Notes: a model not told the origin generated them from the letters alone. A DNA stretch of 64,000 nucleotides from Antechinus flavipes (GCF_016432865.1 NC_067400.1:61070001-61134000); one strand, 5' to 3'. Numbered from the stretch's first letter, positions 35,375 to 49,374 are shown. Translations and numbers: made by a program.

Positions 35375-36600
35375 CTTAGTGCTTATTCTGTATAAAATAC
35401 ATAAAGATAAAAAAGAAATAACCCCTCTCTTCAGGGAGTTTACATTCTTTTAGACAAGACCACACACATACACAAATGTATACAAACCAAAATAACATGT
35501 ATACAATGTATACAAATCCAAAATAATGAAGGGCATAGGCACGGGTAGCTGAAAGTATCAGGAATGGCATTTGTAGGAGGTTGCTTGTGAGAAGAGTTTT
35601 GTTAGGGATTCTGTTAGTCACACAACTAGCATTTATGAAATACCCATTATCCCACTATGTGTCTGGCACAGTACTTAATGTTGAGTATAAACTGAAATGC
35701 AAAAACCAAAACCAAAAAGCACCACCACCACCACCATCAACAAAAAAGCAACACAAAGCCAGAAGCACCACCACCAACAAAAACAACCCAACAACAATGG
35801 TGGAAGTAAGGAAGGAGTATCTTTTTGTGAAGCAGTGTAACTAAAGCAAAAAATATAAATGTCAACATATGAGGACTCATAAGACCAATTAAATGGTATG
35901 AGGGAAACTAAAATAATAATAAATTTAGAAAGGTAGAGTAGAACCACGTTGAAGAAGGATTTAAGGGCCAAGCAAAAGCATTTTTGTTTGATCTTAGTGG
36001 TAATAAGGAATCATTGAAGTTTACTGAGTAGGTAAGTGACACATAGTTAAATCCCTGCTGTAGGAAAATTACTTTGAGAATGGTGTGAAAGATAAATTAG
36101 AGAGAGGAAGGAGATTTGATGCATAGTGGACCAATTAGTAGGCTATTGCAATAGGTGAGAGGTGATAAAAGGCTTGGATTAAAGGGGTAACCATGTAAAT
36201 TAGAAAAAGAAGGAAAAAACAAAAACATGATTTTGAAGTAAAAATAATAATTTCTCTTTTGGATCTATTGAGTTTGAGGTACCTATGGAACATACAGTCA
36301 AAAATATTTAATAGACAACATGTAATGTACAATAGGAGCTCAGTCAGGAGAAGACACTAAAATTTGATATTTCAATATCTACATAGAAATGATAATTAAA
36401 ACAAAACTATGGGAACTGATGAATTCACCCAGTGAGAATATATAGAGAAAAGAGAGTCTGAGACAGAACTTTGCTGAACACAACATAGTTAAGGGCAGGA
36501 TATCCACAATGATTAGAAAAGGAGACCTAAAGATCCAACAGGTAGGAGGAGGACCAAGAGTGCAGCATCCTAAACACACAGAAAGAACAAAATCTTCAGC
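35375..36600 (-). mobile_element. Fragmented L2 LINE (antisense), about 1.2 kb
   Basis: cccactatgtgtctggcacagtactt, tttttgtttgatcttagtggtaataaggaatcattgaag, ttgagtttgaggtacctatggaacatacag, gagacagaactttgctgaaca. Confidence 0.7.
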
Positions 36601-39384
36601 AAAGAAAGATCATATTGTTCGGTGCTTGGGAAAGACCAAGAAGTATGAAATTTGACAAAAAAAAATAGTATAAAAGTTCAGGAACAATAAACAATTAAAC
36701 ATAACTGTTGAGAAACACATTTCACATCCATGTGCTTCTGTGATGGTGTCAGCTAAATTTTATGAATAAAAGGTCTAACTTTAGACTAATTTTAAACCTA
36801 CCATTTGATTGAACCCCAAAAGACTCTGGCCATGTGATGTAAAATCGTATATGATGAAATGTCTCCTTATTACAAGGGTAATTGTTATGGAAGGATGTTA
36901 ATATATTCTCTACAGAAGCTTTACTCTAATATCTCACTGACTTTTATAAGTGACCTTAAAGTCTGTGTCAATAGAATAAACTTTGGTATGCCCAACAAAC
37001 TAAAAACATTTTATCTCTAGGTCTGGTGATGGGTTGTATTTCCGGGACAAGCCTAGTTAAGTTTGGAGGGATCCTAGAATTATATATTCATCATTCAGTA
37101 ATGAATTTCCTTTGACTAGTGTAATTGATGAAGGTCACCTACTAGAATGTGGAAAGAATTGTTTAGGGAGCACCCATATAGATGAAACTACATGTTCTTG
37201 AACTACTGAAGAATTGTTGTTTTAAGGAGAGATAATTTAGATCCTAGGTACCCTCAAATCCCCTTAAAAATGAACACTATTTTATTCAGTCTTTCTAAGA
37301 TGAAGCATTTATGCAGAAAATGAATTGGTCATAGTATAGTGAGTTGGGTGTGTTTTGGCTACTTTCCCAGTCCATCATGTAACTTCAACTGGATTAACAT
37401 TGTTGCAATCTGGTTCATTCATTAATACAGCTAAAATAAATGGATCAGCCATGTTTTTGGTCATGCAATCTCAAAATGAGTTTGTTTGCTTTAATTCCAC
37501 ATTTATTATATAATATACATGCATGTTGATTTGTAAGACATTTTGTTTAGTCATTGGGGGAGATATTTAGATAATAGATAGATAGATATAAAATATAACA
37601 TAATATTATATGATACTTTTAGGCACTGGATAAATAAAGACAAAAATAAGACAGTCTTTGCTCTTGGGGAACTTACTTTTACCTCCCTCATAAGCACACA
37701 TATAAACACAAATTAGTTAAGGATTGCCTTTCCTTTTGAGCCAATGGCTTTCTCCTACCAACCTCAGTCTAGCATTACTTCCCAAGACTTGTAGCATTGC
37801 TATACCTCCAATGTCCTCCAAGTGAAATTTCTTTTTCACAGATCACATCAGTAGCTCCACTTTAATTTGCCAATCTAAAGTTTCCCCTAAGCTGCTCTTC
37901 TTGTCTCCTCTCTCTTTCTTCAAGGCTGGCTATGGAGTTTTTGATGGGCTAGGAAACATGGAAATGATAGTTATTCTTCCTTATGGGGACTAGAATTTCT
38001 CTGTTATTGAATTCATGGTACTTTATCTATACCTCTCCCTTGTGACATCTCAGCATGGAGGCAAATGGTTGTACTTCTGTTTCAAAGAATAAAGAATCTT
38101 GAATTGTGGTATTCTCTTAGTTGCAGGGAAAAATTAAATCAAAGAATGTGTAAAACTATACTTCATTTAATTTTAATTTTTAAGAGATAGACACATTTTA
38201 AATTTCCTAATTTTTAAATTAAAACCACACTCCAGTTAGTTTTTTTGGAGAGAAAAATTTTAAGTTTAAATTTTACCATTGTCTTTTACATAGTGTTTTG
38301 AAGTTTGCCAAGTACTCTATAAACATTATAACATATTATAACATGCATTAGTATTCTTGTCTGACAGATAAGAAAACTGGAATTTAGGAAGTTAATTGTT
38401 TTGCCCAAGATTATACAATTTATAAACATCAGAGATGAGCTTTGGAGCAATGTCTTACAGCCTTTAAGTCCAGAAACCTTAGAATTCCCCCCTCTGCTGA
38501 CTCAACTATGGTGTGAAAATGATACTGGGTTCTTAGTGTTTAGGCCACTAAAGCTTAAATTCTGGGATGTCCCCCCAAGCTGAACAGACATAATGAAAGG
38601 GCCTGATGATTAATTGTATGTCTGCCATCTGAATATAATGCTTTGCCAACTTCAGAGAATTTTATTCACCAGATTGGCTGCAGGGTGATGAATATTTAGG
38701 CTGATGACATACTTGAAGATATATTAAGTCATAAAGAAGCTGTGATCTGTCATTGACTGTCCTTTGAATTATTGGACTAATTAGAGGTAAACTTCATATA
38801 GTCCATTTGAATACTTCTGATATTGTTCTCATAATGTTATTCCATGGTCATTGCATTCAAATTCTCAATTAACTACTTTAACTACTGTTAGTAAATCTTC
38901 AAATGTTCTTTGTCCTTCAATCTGGAAAGAAGCTCCTTTTTGAATGAACTAGGTCATCCAATTCCTTCAGGGAAAAAATTATTATTGCTATTGTTGTTGA
39001 TAATAATAATAATAATAATAATGATAGTAGCTGAATTGACATAGTCGATAATAACATTTTCCCTACCTCCCATCACAATTCAAATTCTTCTACCTGGGAC
39101 AGAAAATTCTGTTGGCAGATGAGAGCCATTAAGAGCATATCTTGATAGTCTCTCTGCAGAGGGGATAGATGTTTGGTGTTACCTTGGGGATCCCCTGATC
39201 AACTTGAAGAAGAGCCTCCAAGCCTTATAAAAAACACAAACAAAAATGCTAGTAGGCTGAAGAAATGAAAGGCTATCTTTCCTATAATAATCCTTTCATT
39301 CTGAGAGCTGTTATACATTTTTTTTCCTTTGATACTATTTACCATAGAACTGGAGTCACCATTAGTTTTCTGTCTCAAACTACA

Positions 39385-39500
39385 ATCAGTAAGTTAATAA
39401 GTATTTATTAAGAGTATCATATTTGAGGCCTAATGCTAGATGATGGGAATACAAAGACAAAAGTGAAATAATTTCTGCCCTCAGGGAGCTTATCTGTCAT
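39385..39500 (-). mobile_element. L2 3' end (antisense)
   Basis: aatcagtaagttaataagtatttattaag...gggaatacaaagacaaaagtgaaataatttctgccctcagggagctta. Confidence 0.7.
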
Positions 39501-40335
39501 GTGAAGGTTTATTTCAGGCTTGCGGATAATTCAGTATGTTCCTCCCACAGCCCTCCCCCCCCCCCCTTTTAAAATTTCTGTATATATTGTAGTAATGTAG
39601 CTATAATTAGGAAATATTATAACTACCCAAAATAGAAATAAATCAAGGCAACTCTCATTTGTTGTCACACAACTAGAGGCTCATCAGATTTGCCTTCCCT
39701 GAACATGTTTTGCTTATTTTCCACATATTTTAGAACCAATGTAGAAATCCTAGATACTATACTACAGTGGGATTTTCTTTTTTTTTTTTTTTTTTTTTTT
39801 TCTTAAAGCGTGTCTCCTTTGCTTTAAAAGTTTCCTGTGCTAAAAGAATTGTCTGTGGGAGGGTGTGACTAACTCAGCAAAGGACTTATCTGTTATCCTA
39901 TCTCCTTGAACTCCCCAGGCTGCCTTTGATGTATGACTTGTTCCTTCCCCCTCATTCTCACCCCACCCCCAACCTTTTCTGTTATCTTTGCTCAGACTAT
40001 GATTCATATCTAAATATTTTAAACTTTCAAAGTAAAACACTGCATTGGTTGTATGTGAATAAGGACCAAGACACTCAGCTTTCACCTCCAGTGATACAAG
40101 AATGATAGGGTGAGAATTTGGAGTCCAATTTAAAAAAAAAAAAAATTAACCCAGCTCCCAGATGCATGAATTAGTCTCCTGCCTGTGTAAGTATACATCT
40201 CAAACCATTTTAAAGGCATTTGATAAGAATGGCTAAACAAATCCAAGATAAGGAAAGTGATCCTAACTTGATCTAGTCAGTGGGTGATTTGAATCTGCCT
40301 TCAGCATGCCTAGGGTCAGACTCCTAGGAATGTTT

Positions 40336-40530
40336 CAAAGCCCCACTTCTTAAAATATGGGTTGTGACCCCATATGAAGTCTCATAACTAAATGTGGGTG
40401 TTGTAAAATTATGATTTATCATTAGTAAGTGTTTGATTTGTAGGACTGTTTTATGTACCTATATATCCAGGGTCACATAAAAATTTCTCAGGTGAAAAGG
40501 TGTCGCCAGGGGAAAGGATTTGAAATCTGA
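40336..40530 (+). mobile_element. Marsupial hAT-type MITE, copy 2
   Basis: cttcttaaaatatgggttgtgaccccatatg...aaattatgatttatc...aaaaatttctcaggtgaaaagg aligns by eye to 29186-29360. Confidence 0.75.
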
Positions 40531-41265
40531 TGATTTTTATGGTTCCTTATAGCTCTAAAATTATGGTTCTATTGAATATTTAGGCTGTGGCTATCTAATC
40601 TAATCCCCTTATTTTTATAAATGAGGAAAATAAGACCAAGGTTCAGTATGATTAACCCTGAGGCCCAAAGGACCTACAGTTCTGGACTTTCCTTTTGGTC
40701 AAAGATAAAGTGGTTTCTGAACTGCTTTTTATTTAGAAATAAAACTAAATCATCAGAATGAAAACTCTAAATTACTGGCAATATGGGCTTCCAGAGAAGT
40801 TCACGAAGCTGGCAGATCTCTCTTCAGTGTGGGGCTTGAGAATTGTAATGGGCAAGCCAGACTCACTGCCTCTAGGTCTGGGGCTCATTCTCTTTGTCCT
40901 AAAGTGAAAAAAAATAGGAACAATAGGTGGAAATTAGGGTGAGGCACATATATCAGCTTGAAGTAGGAAAAGCTTGCTAATAATTAGACTCATCTTAAAG
41001 TGAAAAGGACTGCCCAAGGAATTACTGAGTTCTCCCTCATTATGGGCCTTCAAACAAAAATTGAATGATAACTTGACAGAAGTATTATAGATGAGTTTCT
41101 TGTTCAGGTACTGATTAGAAGTCTCTTTATCTCTAGAGATTTTGATGCAATGAAGAAGTATAATAACCAATAAAAATAAAAATATCCTTGGAAACAGGCC
41201 CTGTGAGTATCACTCCAGAAAGCCAGCCAGCTAACTGCCACCTCTTAGATGATCTAATACAGTTC

Positions 41266-41495
41266 TTTCTCTCTCTCTTTCTCCCCCTCTCTCCCCCTCC
41301 TTCTTTTTGTGTCTCTCCTCCTCCTCTTCCTCTTCCTTCTTTCTCTGCCTTTTCATTCTCCTCCTTATCTTCTCCCTTCTTCTTCTCTTCCCCCTCCTCC
41401 TCTTGCTTTTTTACCTTCTCTTCCCCCTCCTCCTTCTTCTGCTTCTCCTCCTTCTCTTTCTCTTCTTCCTTTTCTTCTCTTTTCCTTTTCCTCTG
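41266..41495. repeat. (CT/CCT/CTT)n polypyrimidine low-complexity tract
   Basis: Seen directly. It explains ORFs 41133-41553. Confidence 0.92.
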
Positions 41496-41949
41496 TGACT
41501 TGTTCACTTCTAAAATAACACAGCTGCCCACATCAGCAACCTGTATCAGTTAAAATCAACTTTAAACCTAATAACTCTTAATTCATTTTCCTGACTGTTG
41601 ACATTCACAAGCTTCTTACCCCAACAACTAGCCTGGTAGAAGTTTGAATCATTCTTAGGAATCTGTCCCTCTTCAGCTTATGGCTTCAGAGAAGGTGCAT
41701 TAGGAAATCAGAGAGGCATTTGCTACCATAATTGGTTATGGAAATGATGTCCTTTCAGGTAGATCTAAATATGACTCATTTTTGAAATAAATATGGAGAG
41801 GTTTTTTTTTTTTTTATGTTATTTTATTTTCAGGTCTTAGATTCCCCTAAAGGAAAAAAAAAAGATTTTCCTCTTAGGTTTTCTCAACTTTGAGCAAGTT
41901 TCTCTTAACTCTGGGTTGTAAAGTAAAAGGCCTTCAGCAGATGATCTCT

Positions 41950-42112
41950 GTTGTTGTTTGTCCTTCATTCTCTAAGAAGACCATGCATGACATGAGGAAG
42001 ATGATGCCATGATGAGTAAGTGAATTGAATTTAAGTGAGAATGGGCTATGCAGTCATCAGCCTCATTTTTTTCCTCCAGAACCACATGGATGAGACTGGA
42101 GATGGCTCTGGA
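41950..42112 (-). mobile_element. RTE-derived marsupial SINE fragment
   Basis: ttgttgtttgtccttcattctc...gatgccatga...aagtgaattgaatttaagtgag...gactggagatggc. Same family as 81-176. Confidence 0.7.
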
Positions 42113-43574
42113 TAGAGATAAAGAAACTCTCTAGCAGAAAATAAGAGGTAGAAGATCCTGGAGAAAGATTAAGCAAGAATAGTCTTTCTGAATAAAATTT
42201 TTTAAAGGTAATGGTAGAATCTCTAAAATTTCTCCAAATATTCATTTATTCCAAAATGACTCAACATATTTTCCTTATCTAAGAGACTTTCCAAGGTTGT
42301 ATTCTGTTACACAATTGCTTAATAGCTTGTTGAGGAATGAAAAAGAAAGAACATTAAGAATTTCTCTTATTGCTGGTATTGGAAGGCTATGAGTTTATAA
42401 GTGACAGTGCCTGGAGATTGTGACAAAGCCCATAACTCAAGCTTTATTTTTAAAAATAGAACACACTAATATGAAATAGTAGAATGATTCTAGCCTTGGG
42501 AATTTGCTTAGTGGCCAGCCTATAGGTGAGAACGTATGTTGTTATAATCTTTCCCCCCTGAAAAATAACAAAGCAATGTTCCCAAACTATAAAATGGTAG
42601 CTACCTATCCCATTAGAAGAATTCATGACTGCTTTTGAAAAGTGAAAAGTTAAAATATGATGTAGGATTAGAATGTAGAATTCTAGAGAAAAAAGCGTAG
42701 ATTATACAAAAATCAACTGTTGGATACTTTGACCTCAATTTTTTTGTGCCTGGCTCAGAAGTTAGATTAAAGGAGTAGATTATTAGTGTTACATATAAGT
42801 ATTACAAAGATAAAAATTACACTGGAATGAAAGGAGCTAAAAGTCAGAGTTCAATGGAGTCATAGTGAATCTAATTAAATAATTTGGCAAATTTTTGTTG
42901 ACTATTACTTCTCCATTCTACTTTGTGCGTAGAACTGTGTTGAGTATTGAGAAACATGTAAAGATAAATAAACTATCAACATAGCTCTTGAAGAATTTGT
43001 AAACCAGTAAAAAAGAGAAAATTTCTACCCTGTCAATTTAAATTAGGATTGTATAACATTTGAACTGAAAGTTGTTTTCCCACCCAGTTCATAGATTCAC
43101 TCCATCCGATATCACTTTACAGGTTAGGCAGCTGTGGGCCAAAAAGGAAGGTCACAATAAGGTGACAGAGTTGATCCTAAAATCCATTTTTGCTGAGTCC
43201 AAGGCCAACTATCCTTACCTCTAAACCATAATTTATGAACACTTTTTGAGATTCAGTGTCCTCGTGTGAAATAGAGCATCACTTACCCCATGGGGTTGAT
43301 ATAAAGAAAACCCTCTGTCACACACAAAATATCATATAAGCACAATCTATTAATTGAGCTTTTGTTGTGAACTGACAACAGTAGTTCACATTTATAGTAT
43401 TTGGGCATTTAAAAAGTTTTTTCATGATCTGTGAGATTGTTATAAGTACTATGACTCTTCTCTTATAATCATGAGTAACAAATGGATTGGGATTGTCTTT
43501 TGTTATTATCACATTTTAAAATAATTGTTTTATCTGTGCTCTTTATTTTAGTAAATGCCTTAGAAGGAGAGGTT

Positions 43575-44175
43575 GTCTGATTTTTTTGTCATTTCCAGGG
43601 CCTAGTAAGTGCCTGTCACACAGTAAGAACATAATAAATACTTGTTAACTCATTGATTGATGAATTAATTATGATATCACTCTTCCTTCCTGGTGACTTC
43701 TTTACTCTCCCCATTTATTTTTTTATGGAACCCTCCCCCTTCAAAGAAAAAAACCCAAACCTATAAGCAACATAATAGGTGTAATAGAAAATAGATGCTC
43801 CACCCATATTATGCATTGTCCATTTTTGTTACCATTAAAGCTAGCTGAGTCATGAGGCCAAAATGTTAATGGGACAAGTCCATCATTCAGGAATTTGTAC
43901 AGAGATGAAACAGTGAGCATGAGATTGTGAATTCTGGTATTTACAAAGTTTATGCTTGTATTCTGCCTAGTGATGAAAGATTGAAATATGATAATGGGGT
44001 AAAGCAATTTGTTCTGATCTTTGATAGTGCAAGGAAGAGAAGGGGTGACTAATATAAGGAAGCAGAATCTTTGAAAAGATGGAGAAGTGGCAGCAAGGGT
44101 ACAGGAAAGTGAGGGAAATAGCTTCAGAACTCGGCAAAATCAAGTCAGGTTGAAGATGAATAAGTTTCAAGATGT
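43575..44175. mobile_element. L2 fragments (sense tail at about 43575-43670; antisense body at about 43940-44175)
   Basis: gggcctagtaagtgcctgtcacacagtaag...aataaatacttgtt and gggtgactaatataaggaagcag...gatggagaagtggcagc. Confidence 0.55.
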
Positions 44176-44370
44176 TTTAGGAAAGTATGAAAATTGTGTT
44201 AGAGGAAAAAGCTTCTGCCAGAAGATTATGGGAACAATCATGGTACTGTAAATTTTAGAGGTGGAAGGAATCTTAAAAACCATCCATCTGACTTTCTTTA
44301 TTTTACAGATGAGGAAATTAAAGGCCAGGTAACAAAGGGAGTTAGAGATAGGACTAGGACCATAACTAAA

Positions 44371-44625
44371 GGCAGCTAGGTAGAACAGTGGGTAAAATTT
44401 TGAGTGTAGAATTAGGAAGACTTGATTTAAAATCTGGCTTTAAATATTTATTACTATGTGAACTTTACTTCTGTTTGCCTCAGTTTCCTCAACTGTAAAA
44501 TGGGGATAATTATTAGTACCCATTTTGAAGAGTTGCTGTCAAGATCAAATGAAATTATACTCGTGAAGCATAATGTCTGGCATATACTAAGTGCTTAATG
44601 GATAGTTTCTTTTTTCCTTCTTCCT
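44371..44625 (+). mobile_element. MIR/Ther-1 CORE-SINE with L2 tail (an antisense MIR3 fragment precedes it at about 44250-44345)
   Basis: ggcagctaggtagaacagtgg...tgcctcagtttcctcaactgtaaaatggggataat...aatgtctggcatatactaagtgcttaat. Confidence 0.85.
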
Positions 44626-46294
44626 TGAGTGCCTACCCAGGACATTCTTTATTATACAACATGACATCTACTAGTAATGTGCAGTTTTGCACTGCAACAA
44701 AACTGGTGTACTCCTGACATGCCAAGCATAACCCCATCACTGCCTTGAGCTAAACAGTTTTATTTGTGACACAGAGTTATCTGTCTACCTGACAAAAGCC
44801 TTTTTATGTTTGAAACAATCTTTCATGGCTTCTCTTTTATAAACCTGAAAAGCTTTCAGGAAGCATCTTTTTTAGAGAATGTTGGAAAAAGCTGAATGAG
44901 TCTATGTCGTCTCTTTATTAAATAAAGCTTAAGTTCTTCTCAGTGTCTCAGTTTCCTGGGCTATTGAGATACCTATCATCTACTTTTATAGCCCCCTTGA
45001 AACGTCTCATTAGTTGCTGATTTTCAATTGCTTTGAGATACCCAGAAGGAACGAACAATTAGCTCTTGATATGCTGAGCCATTTCCTGAGTCCAAATTTG
45101 TGGTAGCCTGCAAAGTCCAGGAAGCAGGGTTGCTCAAGGAGGATTTTGGAATGATTCATAAGACTCCCATCTATTTATATAGGAAGGAAGTGAGGTACAT
45201 AATCACACCTGCCAGGTTACCTACTGGAGAAAAGCACCAGAATTATTAACCTTTCTCATTTGGACACAATAAAAACTTGGAGGCAGTGTGCAATTGCAAA
45301 GTGGTTACTCAATATAGGGACAGGAAAGAAAATTCTATGTCTGCTCTATATGATGGTAGACAAAGTTTTGTCACTTCTCCAGGCCTCCCTTTTCTTATCT
45401 ATAAAACGGGGGGAGGGTGGGTTGGACAAATCTAAGAGATTTGTATTTTCAAGAGTTGGGTGACAATAGCAAGTCACTTATTGTCTTCTTGAGGTTAGAT
45501 CTAGGTTTAAGATGATGTCAAAATGAATATAGTAATACTTTCCTTAAATATTACACATAGTAGGGGTGAGTAAAATGCTTTGTAAATTTTAAAGTGCCAT
45601 CTATAATTATTATATGGAGAACCTTGAGATGCCAGAATAGAAATCTAAACTCTTCTAGGCACAGACTATTTATAGTATTTTGAATTACAATCCCATCTCC
45701 CACACCACTACCCCAGGAGAGGGTCATTTATTGTAAGTCGTCCTGCTGCTTCCTATAGAGCCACATTCATTTATTCTCCATATATTATATAATAGAGGTA
45801 GATAGATGAATAGATATATAGATAGTGAATTCATATCCTAATATAATTTCCCCTCAAAAATTCTCTGTCTCATCATTTGTTTCTTAAATAATATTATTTG
45901 TAATGTAATTGTGATAAAATATGATTTGTAAAATAGTACTAGATGTAGTTCTCCCTATCTCACAGTTGTACATATGATTCTGTTACAAAATGAAACAAGA
46001 TGAGAGGATAGGAAAGGAACAAAGAATTGGAGTTTTGAGGAAGGCTTATTTCTGTCTGGGGGTATCTCGGAAGTAGTGTTCTTAATAGCTCCAGCATTTT
46101 TAAGAAGTGTTATTCTGAGGGGAAGGCATCATACAGAGCCAGGCTTAGTGAGTATAACTAAGATTCTTGGGTCTTCTTGTTTGGGTCCTAATTTGATGGC
46201 TCATCATGATGCACACATGACCTTGTATGCTAGTGGGGTACAAGCTTCAGCATGTTTTACAGTATTCAGTGATGGGATAATAGCTAAGATAAGA

Positions 46295-46455
46295 GTAGTT
46301 TAAGATTTATAAAGCACTTTATGTATATTATCTTGTTTGATCTTTACAATAACCCTGCTTGGTAGGTGGTATTACTGTGCCCATTTTACAGATCAGCGAA
46401 CTAAAAAGGGGAAAGGTAAATGGCTTATATCACATCACGAGAAAATGGCTGAAGC
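46295..46455 (-). mobile_element. MIR (antisense)
   Basis: gatttataaagcactttatgtatattatcttgtttgatctttacaataaccctg...cccattttacagat. Confidence 0.75.
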
Positions 46456-47739
46456 AAATATAGCAATGGATTCACTGTACTGTCTGGAATGCAGGTCCAA
46501 TGTCAAAAGACTTTAGATGGAAGCACTTCTTAGCCACTGCAGTTCTTGAAGACTGCCTCCTCAGTTATAGACAGAAGGGAGTGGCTCATACAGACAAAAT
46601 GATAGATCTTGAAAGTGCCGAAGCATTTGTCATAAAACACTGTTACAGACAAAGGGACAAATTCTGACTTGTTAATTCACTTGACATTCCTGTTCATGAT
46701 TTATAATTTATATATGAGAGATTTACTGACCTCACTGATAATCCTCCAAACACAAAGATAAACACACTTAGAAGCCATCAGTGTAAATCAGATGAACTTG
46801 AAAGGGATGAGGAATTCACCTGCAACGAGGCTTGGAATCTTGCCCTTTCCCATGGAATGGCCTAAATGACAAAGAATGCAACTGTTCCCCAGGCACATTG
46901 CACGTATAACCACCCAGAGTATCCAAGGGTGGGAGGTTGACCTCAGTTCATTTCAATTTAATTCATTTAGGTCCAACAAACACTTTATTAAGTTTGCACT
47001 ATGTAAAAGGCATTGAACTAAACAGAAACGAACACTGGGTGCTTCCACTCCATGAGGAATTAGGGGAAAGATATATGGTTGTCGATCGTGTGCTTCTGTG
47101 AATAAGAGATTGAATACAGACAAGACAAGATTTTGTACATTTGGTTGTAAGGACTTTAACTGGCTGTGTTAAGTGATGTCACTTCCCTCACCAGACTCTT
47201 CCTTTCCTTTAGCACATTCCTTTGATATGCTGTAAGGTAGCTAGGTCATATGGTAGCCCAAACTACTGCAGTCATCTCCACTGAGGCAGGGGTGCCCTCT
47301 GGCACTGAGTACCATTGCATTTTCTGCTTGGCATTTAAAGCAACTTCTTAGAACAACACTGCTGATTGCAGGCTCCCCAAGGATCTTGTGTATTTTATAA
47401 ATACAAACCATCCTTTCCTTTCCAAATTAGGAGAAAAAGGAAAGAAGAAAAGAATCAATTAATTTGTAATAAGTCACCACATGTTTGTGTCTTGTTTCAC
47501 AGTCTCATTTCTAATCACAACATCAGGCTCTACATAATATCTCTCCTCCCAAAAAAAATCTATTCAGATCATTGCCTCCCTGAAGCCTTCCCAGAACTCC
47601 CCACCTGGAAATTATCTAAAACTCAGCTATCTAATTCTTTGTGATAATAACTGATAGTTACGTAGAATCTAAAGTTTGGAACATGACTTGCATTTATCAT
47701 CTCGTTTGGAACCTCATAATCCATGGACAATAAATACTT

Positions 47740-47921
47740 GTTGAAGTTCTATTGTATGTCCCTTTGTGACCCCTTTATAGGGTTTTCTTGGCAAAAATAT
47801 TGTAAAAGTTTGCCATTTCAGAGATTAAATGAATTGCCGAGAGTCACACAACTGATGGATGTCTGAGGTCATATTTGAACTCAGGTCTTCCTGAGTCCAT
47901 CCACTGGGCCATTTAGCTGCC
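47740..47921 (-). mobile_element. Mar-1-type SINE (antisense)
   Basis: gggttttcttggcaaaaatatt...tttgccattt...gtctgaggtcatatttgaactcaggtcttcctgagtcc...tagctgcc. Confidence 0.8.
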
Positions 47922-49336
47922 TAAAAATATTAGAAGTATTATTTCCCTTTCATTTATGAAGGAACTGAGAAAATAATGATTTGCTTATAGTCACAAAATT
48001 ACTAACTGTCAGGAGCAGTATTAGAAACCAGGCCTCGTAGGGTTTGTTCCCCTATAGCATAGCCCCCTTCACTTGATACTATTTTTGTTCCCATCTTGGT
48101 TCAAATCATAGTCAGATCTTTAAGTCTGGTTATCATAGTTAACACAAATCCATATTTTCTATACTAAAAACCCATTCTACAACAACAACAAATTTTCTCC
48201 ATGAATGCCCTCCTTTTATGTGTCATGGGAATTGGAGGTGACCCTATACTTTTGACTTCCAGCAGCAGTTAAAGTCTGATTGGTCCCATTAAGGTGAAAA
48301 GCTTGGATTTTAGCCAGGTGATGTCTTTCTAAGGCTGTCATCTGACAACAATTTAAGTTTGGTGACTCATTTGTAGAAGGCAACTTTTGGGGTCACATCT
48401 AAGTCTTTGCAAGGGACTTGCATTTTACCTCAGTGGAAATGACTTCGTAACTCTTTTGAAATTAGAAGAAATGGGAATTGCATTGAAAAAAGAAATCATA
48501 ATAAAGAATTTTTCAGCTTAAAGAACTTTAAGATTTTTAAAGGGCTTTATTTATTCATTCCTCATTTCATTTGAAAGTCCCAGCAGCCTCTGGACTTGAG
48601 TATTAAAGGTATTATCATGTCTGATTTAGAAAAGTTAAGTGATTTGTTCATGATCACCATGAACATGTTGGCAAAGCCAAGATTTAAACCCAAATTTTAT
48701 ATATATTCCAAATTCAGCACACTTTACCCTATGTCCCACTACGCCATGGTAATTGACGTGAAAAAAAAAAATTTAAGTCTCAGCTCCAATTCAGATGAAA
48801 GAGGAGCGATAAGGAATCTGGACATTACTGGCTTTCTAGCTGAATTTTGAACTTTGGTGGTTCTCCACAGTATCTCATACCAATATTTATTAAAAGCTTA
48901 TTTTTACATGTGAATTTGTCCTCAGCATAGATTTTGGAAAAGAGCACAGACAAAAATAACAGCCATTTCCTTACTCCTTAGTAAGACTTGTGATTTTTTT
49001 TTCACCTGCATATTTTTAATAAGCTCTGATTCTATATATTCTAAATATCAAAGAATGAAAGTTGAGAAAAGAATTCAGCAGAAGTCTGGCCCTTCCTGAA
49101 ATGTCATGGGTAATCAAGCACAGAGGCTAATAGATCCTGATTTGCATGCCACTCTTGAATGATGTCCCACATGGATGATGAGGATTGATAGTTTACACCG
49201 TGCTGCTTAGTCAAGTCTTTTGCCTGCCTGTCTAGGTATTTTCAATCATTTTCTGCTCAAGTAGAAGGCAAGGATATAATCTTTTTCATAGCTAATATTC
49301 TCCCTTCTAATTTATAACAATTATATTCTGTAGTGT

Positions 49337-49339
<3 letters not shown>

Positions 49340-49374
<35 letters not shown>
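49340..49374. repeat. (CA)n microsatellite
   Basis: About 17 perfect CA units. Confidence 0.97.

Noticed and set aside
36851-36940. ATGATGA...CTGA spaced like a C/D snoRNA
   Set aside because: No terminal stem, no clear C'/D' boxes and no recognisable rRNA antisense guide.
41133-41553. Four ORFs of 63-132 aa (Glu/Lys-rich or Ser/Phe/Leu-rich)
   Set aside because: Products of a polypyrimidine low-complexity tract that lacks stop codons by composition. The same applies to 10880-11299 and 17367-17883.
41800-41840. Strong poly(T) acceptor followed by GT (cag|gtctta) as a recursive site
   Set aside because: GTCTTA is a poor donor, and the tract is a mutable poly(T) run.
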